DNA of 64,000 nt from an uncultured Clostridia bacterium (GTDB lineage: Bacteria > Bacillota > Clostridia > Oscillospirales > CAG-382): positions 110,743 to 174,742 of the forward strand of contig CANRIX010000001.1 of the NCBI GenBank assembly GCA_947630765.1, read 5' to 3'. Under the pieces are notes generated by a model. It saw only the letters and a program-made list of their open reading frames with translations. It had not been told where the DNA came from and ran no database searches. Positions 1 through 10,638 of this stretch are shown in pieces. Made by a program: the position numbers and the translations under genes. Each line of letters opens with the position of its first letter. The first letter of the stretch is position 1.

Positions 1-1
1 G

Positions 2-1354
2 ACGCTCTGCTCCTTCGCGGTCACGACGGAGGACGCGTCGCATATTCTCTCGCCCGAATTCAAGGGCGCCGGGCACCCGGTCGTCCTGTTCCGCCCGGAA
101 ACCGACGCGGACGGACTGCCGGAAACCGAGTCCCTGCTCGCGGTCTATCGGACGTTCACGGCGCTCGCCCGCGCCGGCAAGGTGCTTTCGGCGTATACGC
201 CGACGTTCGGCGGTGTGGCGGAAGCGGTCATGAAGATGGGCTTTGGCAACGGCTTCGGCTTCGCGTTCGACGACGGCGTTTCGCCGGAAACGGTGTTCGG
301 TCCGTCCTGCGGGTGGCTGCTCGCGGAATGCACCGAACTGCCGGAAAGCGGCACCCTGCTCGGGTATACGACGGCTGAGAAGGCGGTTTCCTACCGCGCT
401 TCCCGCGTTTCGCAGGAGGAACTGCTTTCGCTCTACGAAGGAAAGCTCGAGCCGGTCTTTGCCTGCAATATCCCGCAAGGGAAGCCCGGCGAATCGCTCC
501 CGACGTTCACCTACCACGCGAAAAATGCCCCGGCATCCACCCACATCGGCGGCGCGAAGCCGCGCGTGCTGATCCCGGTCTTCCCCGGGACCAACTGCGA
601 ATACGACACCGCGAAGGCGCTCGCCCGTGCCGGCGCGGAGCCGGAGATCGTCGTGCTCAACAACCTTTCCGCGAAAAGCGTCGCGGAATCGGTCGCCTAC
701 TTCGCACGGCGCGTCGGTGATTCGCAGATGGTGTTCCTGCCGGGCGGATTCTCCGGCGGCGACGAGCCGGACGGCTCCGGGAAGTTCATCACGGCGTTCT
801 TCCGCGCTTCGGCGGTCAAGGACGCGGTGCATACGCTGCTCAAGCAGCGGGACGGGCTTGTCGGCGGCATCTGCAACGGGTTCCAGGCGCTTATCAAGCT
901 CGGACTCGTGCCGTTCGGCGAGATCCGCGACCCGGACCCGGACAGCCCGACGCTGACCTTCAACACGATCGGGCGGCACCAGTCCCGTCTGGTGCGGACG
1001 CGGGTGTGCTCCGACCTTTCCCCGTGGCTGCGGAACGCGACGGTCGGCGAGGTCTATATCGTCCCGATCTCCCACGGCGAAGGGCGCTTCTACGCCTCCG
1101 CCGAATGGGTCAAACGGCTTTCCGAAAACGGGCAGATCGCGACGCAGTACGTCGACTTGGACGGCAACCCGACGTCCGACGTCCGCTTCAACCCGAACGA
1201 CTCCGTCTGTGCCATCGAGGGCATCACTTCCCCGGACGGTCGGGTGTTCGGCAAGATGGGACATGCGGAGCGCGTCGGTAAAAACCTCTACCGCAACGTC
1301 CCGGGAAATTATGACATCGGGATGTTCGACGCGGCAGTCTCCTATTTCCGTTAA
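2..1354 (+). CDS. purL: Phosphoribosylformylglycinamidine synthase (fused PurL), 3' part; 5' truncated by window edge
   Basis: Frame open from base 2 (TLCSFAVTT..SPEFK). C-terminal glutaminase domain motifs FPGTNCE, PGGFSGGDEPDGS, GICNGFQAL, SHGEG, GKMGH. Confidence 0.95.
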   Translation, partial: TLCSFAVTTEDASHILSPEFKGAGHPVVLFRPETDADGLPETESLLAVYRTFTALARAGKVLSAYTPTFGGVAEAVMKMGFGNGFGFAFDDGVSPETVFGPSCGWLLAECTELPESGTLLGYTTAEKAVSYRASRVSQEELLSLYEGKLEPVFACNIPQGKPGESLPTFTYHAKNAPASTHIGGAKPRVLIPVFPGTNCEYDTAKALARAGAEPEIVVLNNLSAKSVAESVAYFARRVGDSQMVFLPGGFSGGDEPDGSGKFITAFFRASAVKDAVHTLLKQRDGLVGGICNGFQALIKLGLVPFGEIRDPDPDSPTLTFNTIGRHQSRLVRTRVCSDLSPWLRNATVGEVYIVPISHGEGRFYASAEWVKRLSENGQIATQYVDLDGNPTSDVRFNPNDSVCAIEGITSPDGRVFGKMGHAERVGKNLYRNVPGNYDIGMFDAAVSYFR

Positions 1355-1412
1355 AAGGCGCATATGCTTTTATAAAAAAACAAATATCAAAGAAAGGAAG
1401 GACCCAACGAAC

Positions 1413-2948
1413 ATGAAAAAGACCCATCGCATCCTCTGCCTGCTTCTGGTGCTGTGTCTCGCCTCGGTCGCCCTTCTCGCCGCCTGCGAAGAAGCGGAAG
1501 AATCGTCCGGCAGCAGCTCCGCCCAGAGCACGAGCGGCACCACCTCAGAAAGCCAATTTCCCCTTGAAAAGAAAGATTTTGGAGGCGTCCAGATCAAATT
1601 CCTGACCAACGAGAACTCCGACTACTACAAGTGGGAGATCGCACCGCAGGAAATGGTGGAAGGCGACCGCATCAACAACGCCTGCAACAACCGCAAGGAG
1701 CTTATCCTGCAGGAGTTCGGGATCGAGCTTGTTCAGGAGTACGTGAAGACCCAGGACGACGTTATCAACACGCTCCGCGACAGCATCGAATCCGGGTTGG
1801 ACGAATATCAGGTCGGCGTTTCGGGACTGCTCTACCTCGCCAAGCTCACCGACGCTGAGCTGTTCCAAGACCTTGCCCACATCGAAAGCAACGATTACCT
1901 CGACCTCTCCAAGCCCTATTGGGATCAGTCCATCATGCGTGACCTGACCCTCCTCGACAGCGTCTACTTCGCGACCGGCGACGCGCTGATCACGGACGAC
2001 GAATCGACGTGGGCGATCTTCTTCAACAAGGACATCGCCGAGGACCACAACATCGCCGCGAATTACGGAGTCGATTCCCTGTATGATTTGGTGCGGAACG
2101 GCGATTGGAACATCGACACGTTCCATGAGATCGTCGCGAGCTCGTCCGTCGACAACAACGACTTCGGCATGGCGTGGGGCGCGGACACGCCGGACATCTG
2201 GGGCATGATCTCGCAGTGCTACGACTCCTACGCCTTCACGGTCGGCTGCGGGCAGACCCTCATGCAAAACGACGGTACGGAGATCACCGTGACCGCCGGT
2301 GAACAGAGCAACCTCAACGCCTTTGACAAGGTTTTCAATCTGCTGACCGAATCCAACTCCGTCGCCATCGCCGAAACGACCGGCAAGGGCTCGGAATCCT
2401 ACTATGCGGACATGACCTCGATGTTCGCCGCCGGGAAAGGGCTGTTCATGCCCAACCGAATCGCAACCGTTTCCGATCCGATCCTGCGGGACGCGGACAT
2501 CCATTACGGGCTCCTGCCGATGCCCAAGCTCGACGAAACGCAGGACGAATACACCACGACCGTCACGGTCTACTGGTGCAGTGCGTTCGCGATCCCGGTC
2601 ACGAACGTCGAAAAGCTCGACGCGACCTGCTACGCCCTCGAAGCGCTCGCCTACTACGGGATGGAACAGCTCACGCCGGAATACTACGACCACACGCTGA
2701 AGGATAAGCGGTTCGAGGACGACGAGTCGGTCGAAATGCTCGACCTCATCTTCCGCAACCGCACCTACGACATGGGCGCCGTTTACAACTTCGGCGGCTC
2801 GCTGCCGTTCTACACTGGGATCCTGCTGAGCGGACTTTCGGGCGGCAGCAACACCCATGCCTCCACGCTTGAATCTGTTCAATCGGCTTGGGAATCCGCC
2901 ATTCAATCCTTCATCGAGAAGGTCATTTCCTCCCGTGAGGATCTGTAG
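1413..2948 (+). CDS. Extracellular solute-binding lipoprotein (family 1-like), no adjacent permease
   Basis: RBS AAAGGAAGG; signal peptide with lipobox LAAC; Ser/Thr linker; SBP-type motifs (YWDQS, FNKD, W..D.F, YGLLPMPK, RTYDMG). Confidence 0.85.
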   Translation: MKKTHRILCLLLVLCLASVALLAACEEAEESSGSSSAQSTSGTTSESQFPLEKKDFGGVQIKFLTNENSDYYKWEIAPQEMVEGDRINNACNNRKELILQEFGIELVQEYVKTQDDVINTLRDSIESGLDEYQVGVSGLLYLAKLTDAELFQDLAHIESNDYLDLSKPYWDQSIMRDLTLLDSVYFATGDALITDDESTWAIFFNKDIAEDHNIAANYGVDSLYDLVRNGDWNIDTFHEIVASSSVDNNDFGMAWGADTPDIWGMISQCYDSYAFTVGCGQTLMQNDGTEITVTAGEQSNLNAFDKVFNLLTESNSVAIAETTGKGSESYYADMTSMFAAGKGLFMPNRIATVSDPILRDADIHYGLLPMPKLDETQDEYTTTVTVYWCSAFAIPVTNVEKLDATCYALEALAYYGMEQLTPEYYDHTLKDKRFEDDESVEMLDLIFRNRTYDMGAVYNFGGSLPFYTGILLSGLSGGSNTHASTLESVQSAWESAIQSFIEKVISSREDL

Positions 2949-3002
2949 GAGCTTTCACAAAGCCGCGAGACGGCACAGCGAACGAAATGATACGTTCGTG
3001 TC

Positions 3003-3036
3003 AAAAAAGGACGGCCCGAAAGGGTCGTCCTTTTTT
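3003..3036. terminator. Bidirectional intrinsic terminator
   Basis: AAAAAA-GGACGGCCC-GAAA-GGGTCGTCC-TTTTTT between convergent genes. Confidence 0.9.
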
Positions 3037-3046
3037 GCTATGTTCA

Positions 3047-4447
3047 TTATGAACGGTTGTCCTTATCGCCATTCCCCCTCTTCTTCCTACGGAAGAAGGC
3101 GGCGAGACGCGTCCAGCGGTTGCGCAGGCGGACGCGCAGCGGCAACCCCTCCTCCTGCGGCGGAAGCGGGACAAACTGACCGTTTTCCGCGTCGTAACGC
3201 TCGACGTTCAGGAAGTCCACGCCTTCCGTTGGGATCCCTTTCTTCTTCAACCGGCGCCTGACGTTGTCGGAAATGACGTAGTCGATGACGCAGAAGAGCG
3301 GCACGCCGATGATCATACCGAAAATGCTCACGCCCGTACCGAGCAGACCGAACAACGCCTTGAACAGCAGCAGCGAGCAGATGATCCAGAACGCGCTCGC
3401 GCCCGTGCGGTCGCCGAGAATCATCGGACCGATCACGTTGCCGTCGAGCTGCTGGAGGATCAGGAACATGATGATGAACACCAGCCCCTTCTGCGGGGAG
3501 GCGAGCAGGAAGATGATCGCTGCGCTCGGGATCCCGCCGATGAACGGACCGAGGAACGGAATGATATTCGTGCAGCCGATGACGACGCTGACCAGCACCG
3601 CGTACGGGATCTGCAGAACGGTCATAGCGAGGAAGCAGATGAGCCCGATGATCAGCGAATCCAGCAGTTTCCCGGACAGGAAGCCGCCGAAGATGCGGTT
3701 CCCGTGGCGGCAAACGTCCAGCACGCGGTTGGCGTGCTCCGGGCGAAGGGAAGCGTAGAGTAATTTCTTCAAACGACGGGCGAACGTTTCCTTTTCAAGA
3801 AGCGTATAGATGGCGACGATGAAGGCGATGAAGAAGTCCATGACATAGGACACTACCTGCATCCCGGTCGAAAGGATAATCGCCGTGGCGGACGCCGCGA
3901 AGTCGCTGAGGTCCTCGCTGAACCACTTCTGGACCGCCTCGACGCAGCGGTCGACGACAAGGGAGAACGTATCCCCCGAATCGGCATGGGATTCCACCCA
4001 GTCCGTCACCTTTTGCAGGCTGTCCGGGATGATATCGGTGAGGTTAGCGATGCTTTCGATGAAGGACGGGACGATCAGCATCAGCAAGGCGATGACCACT
4101 CCGATGCCGAACAGGGACGCGAACAGCACGCCGAACACCCTTGCCCGCTTCGGGATCTTCGCCGGCGGACACTTCCCGCGGGCGGTCAGGCGACGGCTGA
4201 CCACACGTCGAATGGAATTGTCGAGCGGATTGAGCAGATAGCCGAACGCCATGCCGAGCAGGATCGCCCGCATGGAGCCGATGAACCACGAGATAATGCC
4301 GCCGAACGATTCCGTCCGAAACAGCAAAAAGACGAGCACAAGCACGGCCGCGCACACGCCGACGCAGAGCTTGGCGATGTAACGGTAGCGCTTTCCGTCC
4401 TGGGTGTCGCGATACCGTTCGTTGGACGGCTGCGGATTCTCCTGCAT
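3047..4447 (-). CDS. AI-2E family (PerM/UPF0118) transporter
   Basis: Multi-TM protein with YLLNP, TNIIPFLGPFIG, QQLDGNVIGPMILG, G..GMIIGVP motifs; RBS GGGGAGG before ATG 4447. Confidence 0.9.
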   Translation of the reverse strand: MQENPQPSNERYRDTQDGKRYRYIAKLCVGVCAAVLVLVFLLFRTESFGGIISWFIGSMRAILLGMAFGYLLNPLDNSIRRVVSRRLTARGKCPPAKIPKRARVFGVLFASLFGIGVVIALLMLIVPSFIESIANLTDIIPDSLQKVTDWVESHADSGDTFSLVVDRCVEAVQKWFSEDLSDFAASATAIILSTGMQVVSYVMDFFIAFIVAIYTLLEKETFARRLKKLLYASLRPEHANRVLDVCRHGNRIFGGFLSGKLLDSLIIGLICFLAMTVLQIPYAVLVSVVIGCTNIIPFLGPFIGGIPSAAIIFLLASPQKGLVFIIMFLILQQLDGNVIGPMILGDRTGASAFWIICSLLLFKALFGLLGTGVSIFGMIIGVPLFCVIDYVISDNVRRRLKKKGIPTEGVDFLNVERYDAENGQFVPLPPQEEGLPLRVRLRNRWTRLAAFFRRKKRGNGDKDNRS

Positions 4448-4541
4448 AACGTACCTCCCCAAAAATCCTTTTCTGAATAAAATTATAGCATACAAAAACG
4501 GTTTTGTAAAGTCTATTTTTGCACGCAGGATAAAAAAGGGG

Positions 4542-4569
4542 TTGCATCCGTGAAAATTTATGCTATAAT
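4542..4569 (+). promoter_or_regulatory. sigmaA-type promoter for the amidase gene
   Basis: TTGCAT-16 nt-TATAAT with TG extended -10. Confidence 0.55.
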
Positions 4570-4660
4570 AAAAAGGAATACTGTCGGTTTCGGTCGTATA
4601 TTGGACAGGAATCTTATCGGTTTCAGTCGTAAATTCTGTTTTGGAAGGAAGGTTCCCCGT

Positions 4661-6739
4661 ATGATGAAGCGTTTGTCCGCGATCCTGCTCTGCGTTTGCC
4701 TATGCGTACCAATGTTCTGCGTCTCCTCTCGTTCTGCGACGGACGGCGAAGGTTCGCCGTTGCCGTTGAGCGCCGGAAAGTCGTATACGGTTTCCCTCTC
4801 CGGCTGTTCGCCGACGGAAGGGCGAGCCGATAGCGGTGACCGCATGACCGATCGAAAGTTCGGCTCCAGCCGCTTGTCCGCGAGCGAAAACGGCAACTGG
4901 ATCGGCTACACCTCGGACGGCGGGGACTTTACGGTCACCTATACGCTCGACCTCGGTCGGGTATACGACTGCCTGAAGCAATTCTCCGTTTCAACGCTCC
5001 AGAGCACCGGGTACGGTGTGTACTTTCCGGCGTATGTGCGGTATGAATGTTCCGTCGACGGGCGGTCGTACCGTTCGCTCGGCGACGGCGTTTGCGACTG
5101 CGACCTTGCGGCGGATCCCTACTGCGGGCTGTTCCACCTGACCCTGCCGCAGGAAACGACGGGGCGGTATGTCCGCATCACCGTCGGCGGCGGCGCAAGG
5201 CAAAGCGTTTACCTGTGCGAGCTGATCGTCGAAGGGCGGGCGGCATTCACCCGCATGAGCGAGGAAGCGAAGGAAGGCGGACAGTACACCGACGCGCAGG
5301 GCGTGGTCTATACGCTCAAGGGCGACGAGGCGGTCGTGACCGGGTACCGCGATACGGCGCTGAACCTGCCGTCCGGCCCGCTGCGCCCGTCGGACGCGGA
5401 TTTCAATGAGGAAGGGCAGTATGTGCTCGGCGCGGGGAGCGAAAACCCCGTGACTGTCCACGCAAAATTCCTCCCGGAGGATAACCTCAACTTCTCCCGC
5501 CTGTCAAACGACATTCGCGCCATCGTCATCCACAACACCGCCACGGTCGAGGACAGTACCACGGCGGAGCTATACCACACAAAGCAGCTTCGCGGAGCGG
5601 GAGACTCCTCCTGGCATTACACGGTCGACGACACCGGGACCGTCTGCCACTCCTGCCCGGACGAATACGCCGCATGGCACGCCGGGAGCGACGAGAACTA
5701 CGCGAGCATCGGCATCGAGCTCTGCGTCAACGGTGCGCCGACCCACGGCGGGACCGACTTCATCTTCACCGGGGACGCATTCGACGAATGGGTCGATCAG
5801 CGATTTCGCAAGACGATCGAAAACACCGCCGTGCTGGTCGCCGAGCTGCTCGTCCGCTACGGGCTGCCGGAAAGCGCCGTGCTGCAGCACAACGACTGCT
5901 CCGGCAAGAACTGCCCGCAATGGATGCGCTACTCTTCCGAACACCGGGATTTCCGCCACGACGGGGACCTGTGGCTTGTGTTGACCGAGCGGATCCACGA
6001 CTACTACACCCGGCTGCTCGCGGGTTCGCAGACGTTCTCCCCTGCGTCGGACGTGGTCCTGCCGCCCTACCTGCTCTTCCCCGGGGCGAAGTCCTACCCG
6101 GTCACCGCCGTCGAAGTGGGGGCGTTCGCCGGAAAAGGTCCGATCCTGCGGTCGATCTCCCTGCCGGATACGGTCGTGCGGGTGGAAGCCGGGGCGTTCG
6201 CGGACACGCCGTCGCTCGAAGCGGTGACGGTGTCGCCCTCGCACCCGTCGTTCTCCCTGCGCGGAGGGACACTGTACGACGAAAACGGGCGGGTGCTGTT
6301 CACGCCGCAGGAAAGCACGTCCGCTGTTCCCGCCCCGGACCCGGATGGCGGGCTTTGGATCGAGGAGGTGGACGGCGAATACTGGCTGCTCGGACTGCAG
6401 GCGCCCTGCACCGCCGAGGAGATCCGCGAACGCTATGGCGCTGAGGACCTGCGGCTGTACGCCGACGCGCCCGGAACCGGCGTCTACATGATCGCCGACG
6501 GCGCCGCGATGCGGCTGGTCCTGCAGGGCGACGCAAACGGCGACGGGCGAATCAACGCCACCGACTACATGCTGGTGAAACGAAACGTGCTGCAGACGTT
6601 CCTCCTTTCTCCCGTCTTTGCGCGCGCGATGCGCCTGGCGGGAAATGAGAAGATCAACGCTACCGATTACATGCTGCTGAAGCGGGCCGTCCTCGGCACC
6701 TACAAGCTCTCGCCCCCGCTTCCTCCGAAAAATTCATAA
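4661..6739 (+). CDS. Secreted modular N-acetylmuramoyl-L-alanine amidase (Amidase_2) with N-terminal discoidin-like domain, BspA-type LRR segment and C-terminal dockerin
   Basis: Signal peptide; Zn-amidase motifs IVIHNT, SWHYTVDD, AWHAG, IGIELC, HNDCSGKNCP; LRR-like AF..LRSISLPDTV..VEAGAF; duplicated dockerin GDANGDGRINATDYMLVKR / INATDYMLLKR. Confidence 0.85.
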   Translation: MMKRLSAILLCVCLCVPMFCVSSRSATDGEGSPLPLSAGKSYTVSLSGCSPTEGRADSGDRMTDRKFGSSRLSASENGNWIGYTSDGGDFTVTYTLDLGRVYDCLKQFSVSTLQSTGYGVYFPAYVRYECSVDGRSYRSLGDGVCDCDLAADPYCGLFHLTLPQETTGRYVRITVGGGARQSVYLCELIVEGRAAFTRMSEEAKEGGQYTDAQGVVYTLKGDEAVVTGYRDTALNLPSGPLRPSDADFNEEGQYVLGAGSENPVTVHAKFLPEDNLNFSRLSNDIRAIVIHNTATVEDSTTAELYHTKQLRGAGDSSWHYTVDDTGTVCHSCPDEYAAWHAGSDENYASIGIELCVNGAPTHGGTDFIFTGDAFDEWVDQRFRKTIENTAVLVAELLVRYGLPESAVLQHNDCSGKNCPQWMRYSSEHRDFRHDGDLWLVLTERIHDYYTRLLAGSQTFSPASDVVLPPYLLFPGAKSYPVTAVEVGAFAGKGPILRSISLPDTVVRVEAGAFADTPSLEAVTVSPSHPSFSLRGGTLYDENGRVLFTPQESTSAVPAPDPDGGLWIEEVDGEYWLLGLQAPCTAEEIRERYGAEDLRLYADAPGTGVYMIADGAAMRLVLQGDANGDGRINATDYMLVKRNVLQTFLLSPVFARAMRLAGNEKINATDYMLLKRAVLGTYKLSPPLPPKNS

Positions 6740-6824
6740 TTCATCGCATAAATCTTCCTACGGATGCCATTTTTATCCGTTATACTGTCCTTTGATTGGT
6801 TAAATGGGTAAAGGAGAGGGTTTT

Positions 6825-9800
6825 ATGCTGGTCCTGAAGGACATCAAAAAGGAGTACCGCGTCGGCGACCTGAAGGTCCCTGCGCTGCGGGGCGTCAGCG
6901 TCGCGTTCCGTGCGAACGAGTTCGTTTCCATTCTCGGTCCGTCCGGCTGCGGCAAGACCACGCTGCTGAACATCATCGGTGGGCTGGACCGTTACACGAC
7001 CGGCGACCTGCTCATCAACGGGCGGTCGACGAAGTCCTTCCGCGACGCGGATTGGGACGCCTACCGCAACCATTCCATCGGCTTCGTCTTTCAAACGTAT
7101 AACCTCATTCCGCACCAGACGGTCCTGACGAACGTCGAACTGGCGCTGACCATCTCCGGCGTTTCCAAACAGGAGCGTCGCCGCCGCGCCGTCGCCGCGC
7201 TCGAAAAGGTCGGGCTTGGGGACCAGCTTCGCAAGAAGCCGAACCAGATGTCCGGCGGACAGATGCAGCGCGTCGCCATCGCCCGCGCCATCGTCAACGA
7301 CCCGGAGATCCTGCTCGCGGACGAACCGACCGGCGCACTGGACAGCGCGACTTCCCTGCAGATCATGGAAATTTTGCGGGAGATCGCGTCCGACCGACTG
7401 GTTATCATGGTGACCCACAACCCGGACCTTGCCGAGACGTACTCCACCCGTATCATCAAACTGCACGACGGCGTCATCGAGGACGACAGCGACCCGTACG
7501 ACCTTTCCGCCGCATCCGTCCCGGTCGAGCGCCCTGCCAAAAAGAAAAAAGCGCTCTCCCTGAAAACTGCCCTTTCCCTTTCGCTCAACAACCTCATGAC
7601 CAAGAAGGCCAGGACCTTCCTGACTTCCTTCGCCGGGAGCATCGGCATCATCGGGATCGCCCTGATCCTTTCGCTTTCCACCGGGATCAACGCCTATATC
7701 GCGCAGGTGCAGGAGGACGCGCTATCGTCCTATCCACTCACGTTGGAATCGGAAACGCAGGATTACAGCAGTATGTTCTCCGCCATGGTCGAAGCGCGGG
7801 AGGACGCGTCCCGGCCGGTCGAAGATGGAAAGATTTACGTCGATGACACGATGGTCAATATGCTCTCCGCCATGATGTCGACGACCAAAAACGACCTAAA
7901 ATCCTTCAAAACCTACCTCGAATCGCACCAAGAGGAGCTCGACGGTATCCTGACTGAGGCGCGGTACACCTATAACTACCAGATGCAGATCTATTCCGAC
8001 GACGGGGAGACCCGCGTCAACCCGACGACGCTCATCGAGAACATGGGCGAATCCTTCGCCGGAATGGTCGGCATGATGTCCGATTCCAACTCGCTCTACG
8101 CGGACACCTACGCCGCAAGCATGAACATCTTCCGCGAAATGCTCGACAACACCGAGCTGCTCCAGTCGCAGTACGACGTGATTGCCGGGGAATGGGCGGA
8201 CGACGCGCACGAGGTGATGCTGGTCGTCAACGAGAACAACACCGTCGCGAATATGGCGCTCTATGTGCTCGGAATGCAGGACCAGTCGGAGCTGCCGGAG
8301 ATGATGCAGTCGGTGTTTGCCGGAGAAAAGCTGGACGTCGAGTACCCGGATTACACCTACGAGGATTTCCTCGGCATGACCTTCTGCATCGTGCCGAACC
8401 ACCTGTTCTACGAGCCGTCCGGCGAAACGTACGAGGTCGACGGGACGGAATACCCGGTCTGGCGGGACATCCGCGAAACGCCGGGGTTCGACCAGGCCGC
8501 CTTCGCGAAGGAGCACGGCGTGACCGTGACCATCAGCGCCATCCTGCGCCCGAACCCGGACGCCGTATCGACTTCCCTGCGGACCGGCACGATCGCGTAT
8601 GACCGTTCGCTCGCCGAGGAACTGATGGCGGACGTGCGTGCGTCCGATATCGCCAAGCAGCAGACCGAGCAGACGCCGGACATCGACGTGCTGTCCGGCC
8701 TGCCCTACGACGACGGGAGCTTCTCCTCCCGCCCGGACAGTGAAAAGGCGCAACTGTTCGGCGACTGGGTCAACGGCAGTCAGCGCCGCAAGGCGGACGT
8801 GATGACCGACCTGCTCTCCGCGAACGTCGGGGAACTCGTCGATGCGCAGCTTGCCGCGATGACCGCCGAGGAACGCGCCGCCTACGCGTCCGAGCATTTC
8901 TACGACCTCGCCGACGCGGATCCGGAGGTATTCAAACAGCTTCTGCTCGCGATCGCGTCGAATACGCCGGTCGACGACGAATACGCCGCCTACCTCGCGC
9001 AGCTTGGGAACATGTCGGGCGAGGAGATGGTCGAAGCACTCCGCCAGTCCGGGCAGCTCGACCCGTCGACGGTCACGCCCGAAACCACCGCGCTCGTCGC
9101 GCAGCTGCTCGCCGCCATGCCGGAAACGCAGCTGGAGGAAGTGGTGCGGACGCTTCTGACCGCTTCCCTTTCGGCATCCGCCGCCGAGGAAGTGCTCGCG
9201 CAGTACACGACCGCGCAGCTCGCCGAGCTGTTCGACGCCTCCTACGCGGAAATGACGGAGGAGGAGAAATGTGCGCTCTTCGACGTCTACCGCAAGCAAA
9301 TGGTTTCGGACACCGTTTACGAACGGCGGCTGGTCGACCTCGGGTTCGTCGACCCGGATTCGCCGGCTTCCATCTCGCTTTATGCGAAGGATTTTGCGTC
9401 CAAGGAACAGCTTGAGGATTTCATCGCCGATTACAACAAAAGCGTCGGCGAGGAAAACGAGATCACCTATACCGACCTCGTCGGGCTGATGCTCTCGTCG
9501 GTCACGCGGATCATCGACGGCATCTCCTATGTGCTGATCGCCTTCGTGTCCATCTCGCTGATCGTGTCCTCGATCATGATCGGGATCATCACCTATATCT
9601 CTGTGCTCGAACGGACGAAGGAGATCGGTATCCTGCGTGCGATCGGCGCGTCGCGTCGGGATATTTCCCGCGTGTTCAACGCCGAAACGCTCATCGTCGG
9701 CTTCTGCGCCGGGGCGATCGGGCTGCTCGCGACGGTCCTGCTGTGCATTCCCATCAACCTCATCATTCACGCCGCTTCCGGCATCACAGCGATCAACGCG

Positions 9801-9926
9801 GCGCTGCCGCTCGTCGGTGCGGTGGTCCTGATGCTCATCAGCATTCTCCTGACCGTCGTCGCGGGGCTGGTGCCGTCCCATATCGCCGCCAAGAAGGACC
9901 CGGTGCTGGCGCTGCGGACGGAATGA
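6825..9926 (+). CDS. MacB-like fused ABC transporter (NBD plus FtsX-type permease) with large extracytoplasmic domain
   Basis: Walker [26 protein letters not shown]; C-terminal [14 protein letters not shown] and DPVLALRTE. Confidence 0.9.
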   Translation: MLVLKDIKKEYRVGDLKVPALRGVSVAFRANEFVSILGPSGCGKTTLLNIIGGLDRYTTGDLLINGRSTKSFRDADWDAYRNHSIGFVFQTYNLIPHQTVLTNVELALTISGVSKQERRRRAVAALEKVGLGDQLRKKPNQMSGGQMQRVAIARAIVNDPEILLADEPTGALDSATSLQIMEILREIASDRLVIMVTHNPDLAETYSTRIIKLHDGVIEDDSDPYDLSAASVPVERPAKKKKALSLKTALSLSLNNLMTKKARTFLTSFAGSIGIIGIALILSLSTGINAYIAQVQEDALSSYPLTLESETQDYSSMFSAMVEAREDASRPVEDGKIYVDDTMVNMLSAMMSTTKNDLKSFKTYLESHQEELDGILTEARYTYNYQMQIYSDDGETRVNPTTLIENMGESFAGMVGMMSDSNSLYADTYAASMNIFREMLDNTELLQSQYDVIAGEWADDAHEVMLVVNENNTVANMALYVLGMQDQSELPEMMQSVFAGEKLDVEYPDYTYEDFLGMTFCIVPNHLFYEPSGETYEVDGTEYPVWRDIRETPGFDQAAFAKEHGVTVTISAILRPNPDAVSTSLRTGTIAYDRSLAEELMADVRASDIAKQQTEQTPDIDVLSGLPYDDGSFSSRPDSEKAQLFGDWVNGSQRRKADVMTDLLSANVGELVDAQLAAMTAEERAAYASEHFYDLADADPEVFKQLLLAIASNTPVDDEYAAYLAQLGNMSGEEMVEALRQSGQLDPSTVTPETTALVAQLLAAMPETQLEEVVRTLLTASLSASAAEEVLAQYTTAQLAELFDASYAEMTEEEKCALFDVYRKQMVSDTVYERRLVDLGFVDPDSPASISLYAKDFASKEQLEDFIADYNKSVGEENEITYTDLVGLMLSSVTRIIDGISYVLIAFVSISLIVSSIMIGIITYISVLERTKEIGILRAIGASRRDISRVFNAETLIVGFCAGAIGLLATVLLCIPINLIIHAASGITAINAALPLVGAVVLMLISILLTVVAGLVPSHIAAKKDPVLALRTE

Positions 9927-9984
9927 CGGTTTCGCGTGCAAAAATCTGCTTTCTTCGCAAATCTTCTCGGGAAAAGGGACCCCT

Positions 9985-10539
9985 ATGCTTGACCTGCTTG
10001 CCCTGCAAAAAGAATTGCTCCTCCGGCACATCCGACCGGGCGGGACCTGCGCGGACTTTACGATGGGAAACGGGCACGACACGCTCTTCCTCTCCCGTGC
10101 GGTCGGGGAGGGCGGTCGGGTGTACGCCTTTGACGTGCAGCCCGCAGCGCTCGAAAGCACCGCCGCCCTGCTGAAGCGGGAGGGTGCGCCGGAAAACGTC
10201 CGGCTTATCTGCGACTCCCACCACCATGCGGCGGCATATATCCGCGAACCGCTCTGCGTCGGGATGTTCAACCTCGGCTGGCTGCCGGGCAGCGACCGCA
10301 CCGTCACGACCAGGCGCGAAACCACCCTGCCCGCCCTGCAAACGGCGATCGACTTACTTGCGCCGGACGGCGCCCTGCTTATGGCGATCTATCCTGGACA
10401 CGAGGAGGGACGTTTGGAGGGGGAGGCGGTCTGCGAAGCCCTTTCCGCGCTCGACCGGCGGAGGTTCTGCTGCTCGAAGCTGCAGCTGGTCAATTCCCCG
10501 ACGTCGCCCTACTTTTTCCTCGTGGAGAAGGCAAAATAA
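9985..10539 (+). CDS. mnmM: Class I SAM-dependent methyltransferase, YtqB/MnmM family
   Basis: DFTMGNGHDT, VYAFDVQ, MFNLGWLPG, IYPGH.EG motifs of YtqB-like proteins; MnmM function inferred from family. Confidence 0.75.
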   Translation: MLDLLALQKELLLRHIRPGGTCADFTMGNGHDTLFLSRAVGEGGRVYAFDVQPAALESTAALLKREGAPENVRLICDSHHHAAAYIREPLCVGMFNLGWLPGSDRTVTTRRETTLPALQTAIDLLAPDGALLMAIYPGHEEGRLEGEAVCEALSALDRRRFCCSKLQLVNSPTSPYFFLVEKAK

Positions 10540-10606
10540 TTGGCAATCAACGAAAAAACGGCGGACTGTCGCTCTTTGCGGCGGTTCGCCGTCTGCTTTT
10601 GAACAT

Positions 10607-10627
10607 AAAAAAGGACGCACGCCGTCC
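10607..10627 (-). terminator. Intrinsic terminator downstream of the putative 6S RNA
   Basis: Minus strand GGACG-GCGTG-CGTCC-TTTTTT. Confidence 0.65.
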
Positions 10628-10638
10628 GTTCGGACATG

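Noticed and set aside
1545-2906. Long antisense and alternate-frame ORFs throughout (e.g. 1545-2906, 7896-10325, 14218-16857, 30299-31906, 34123-36771, 49570-51654)
   Set aside because: Shadow ORFs expected from high-GC codon bias opposite well-supported genes; no RBS or domain motifs.
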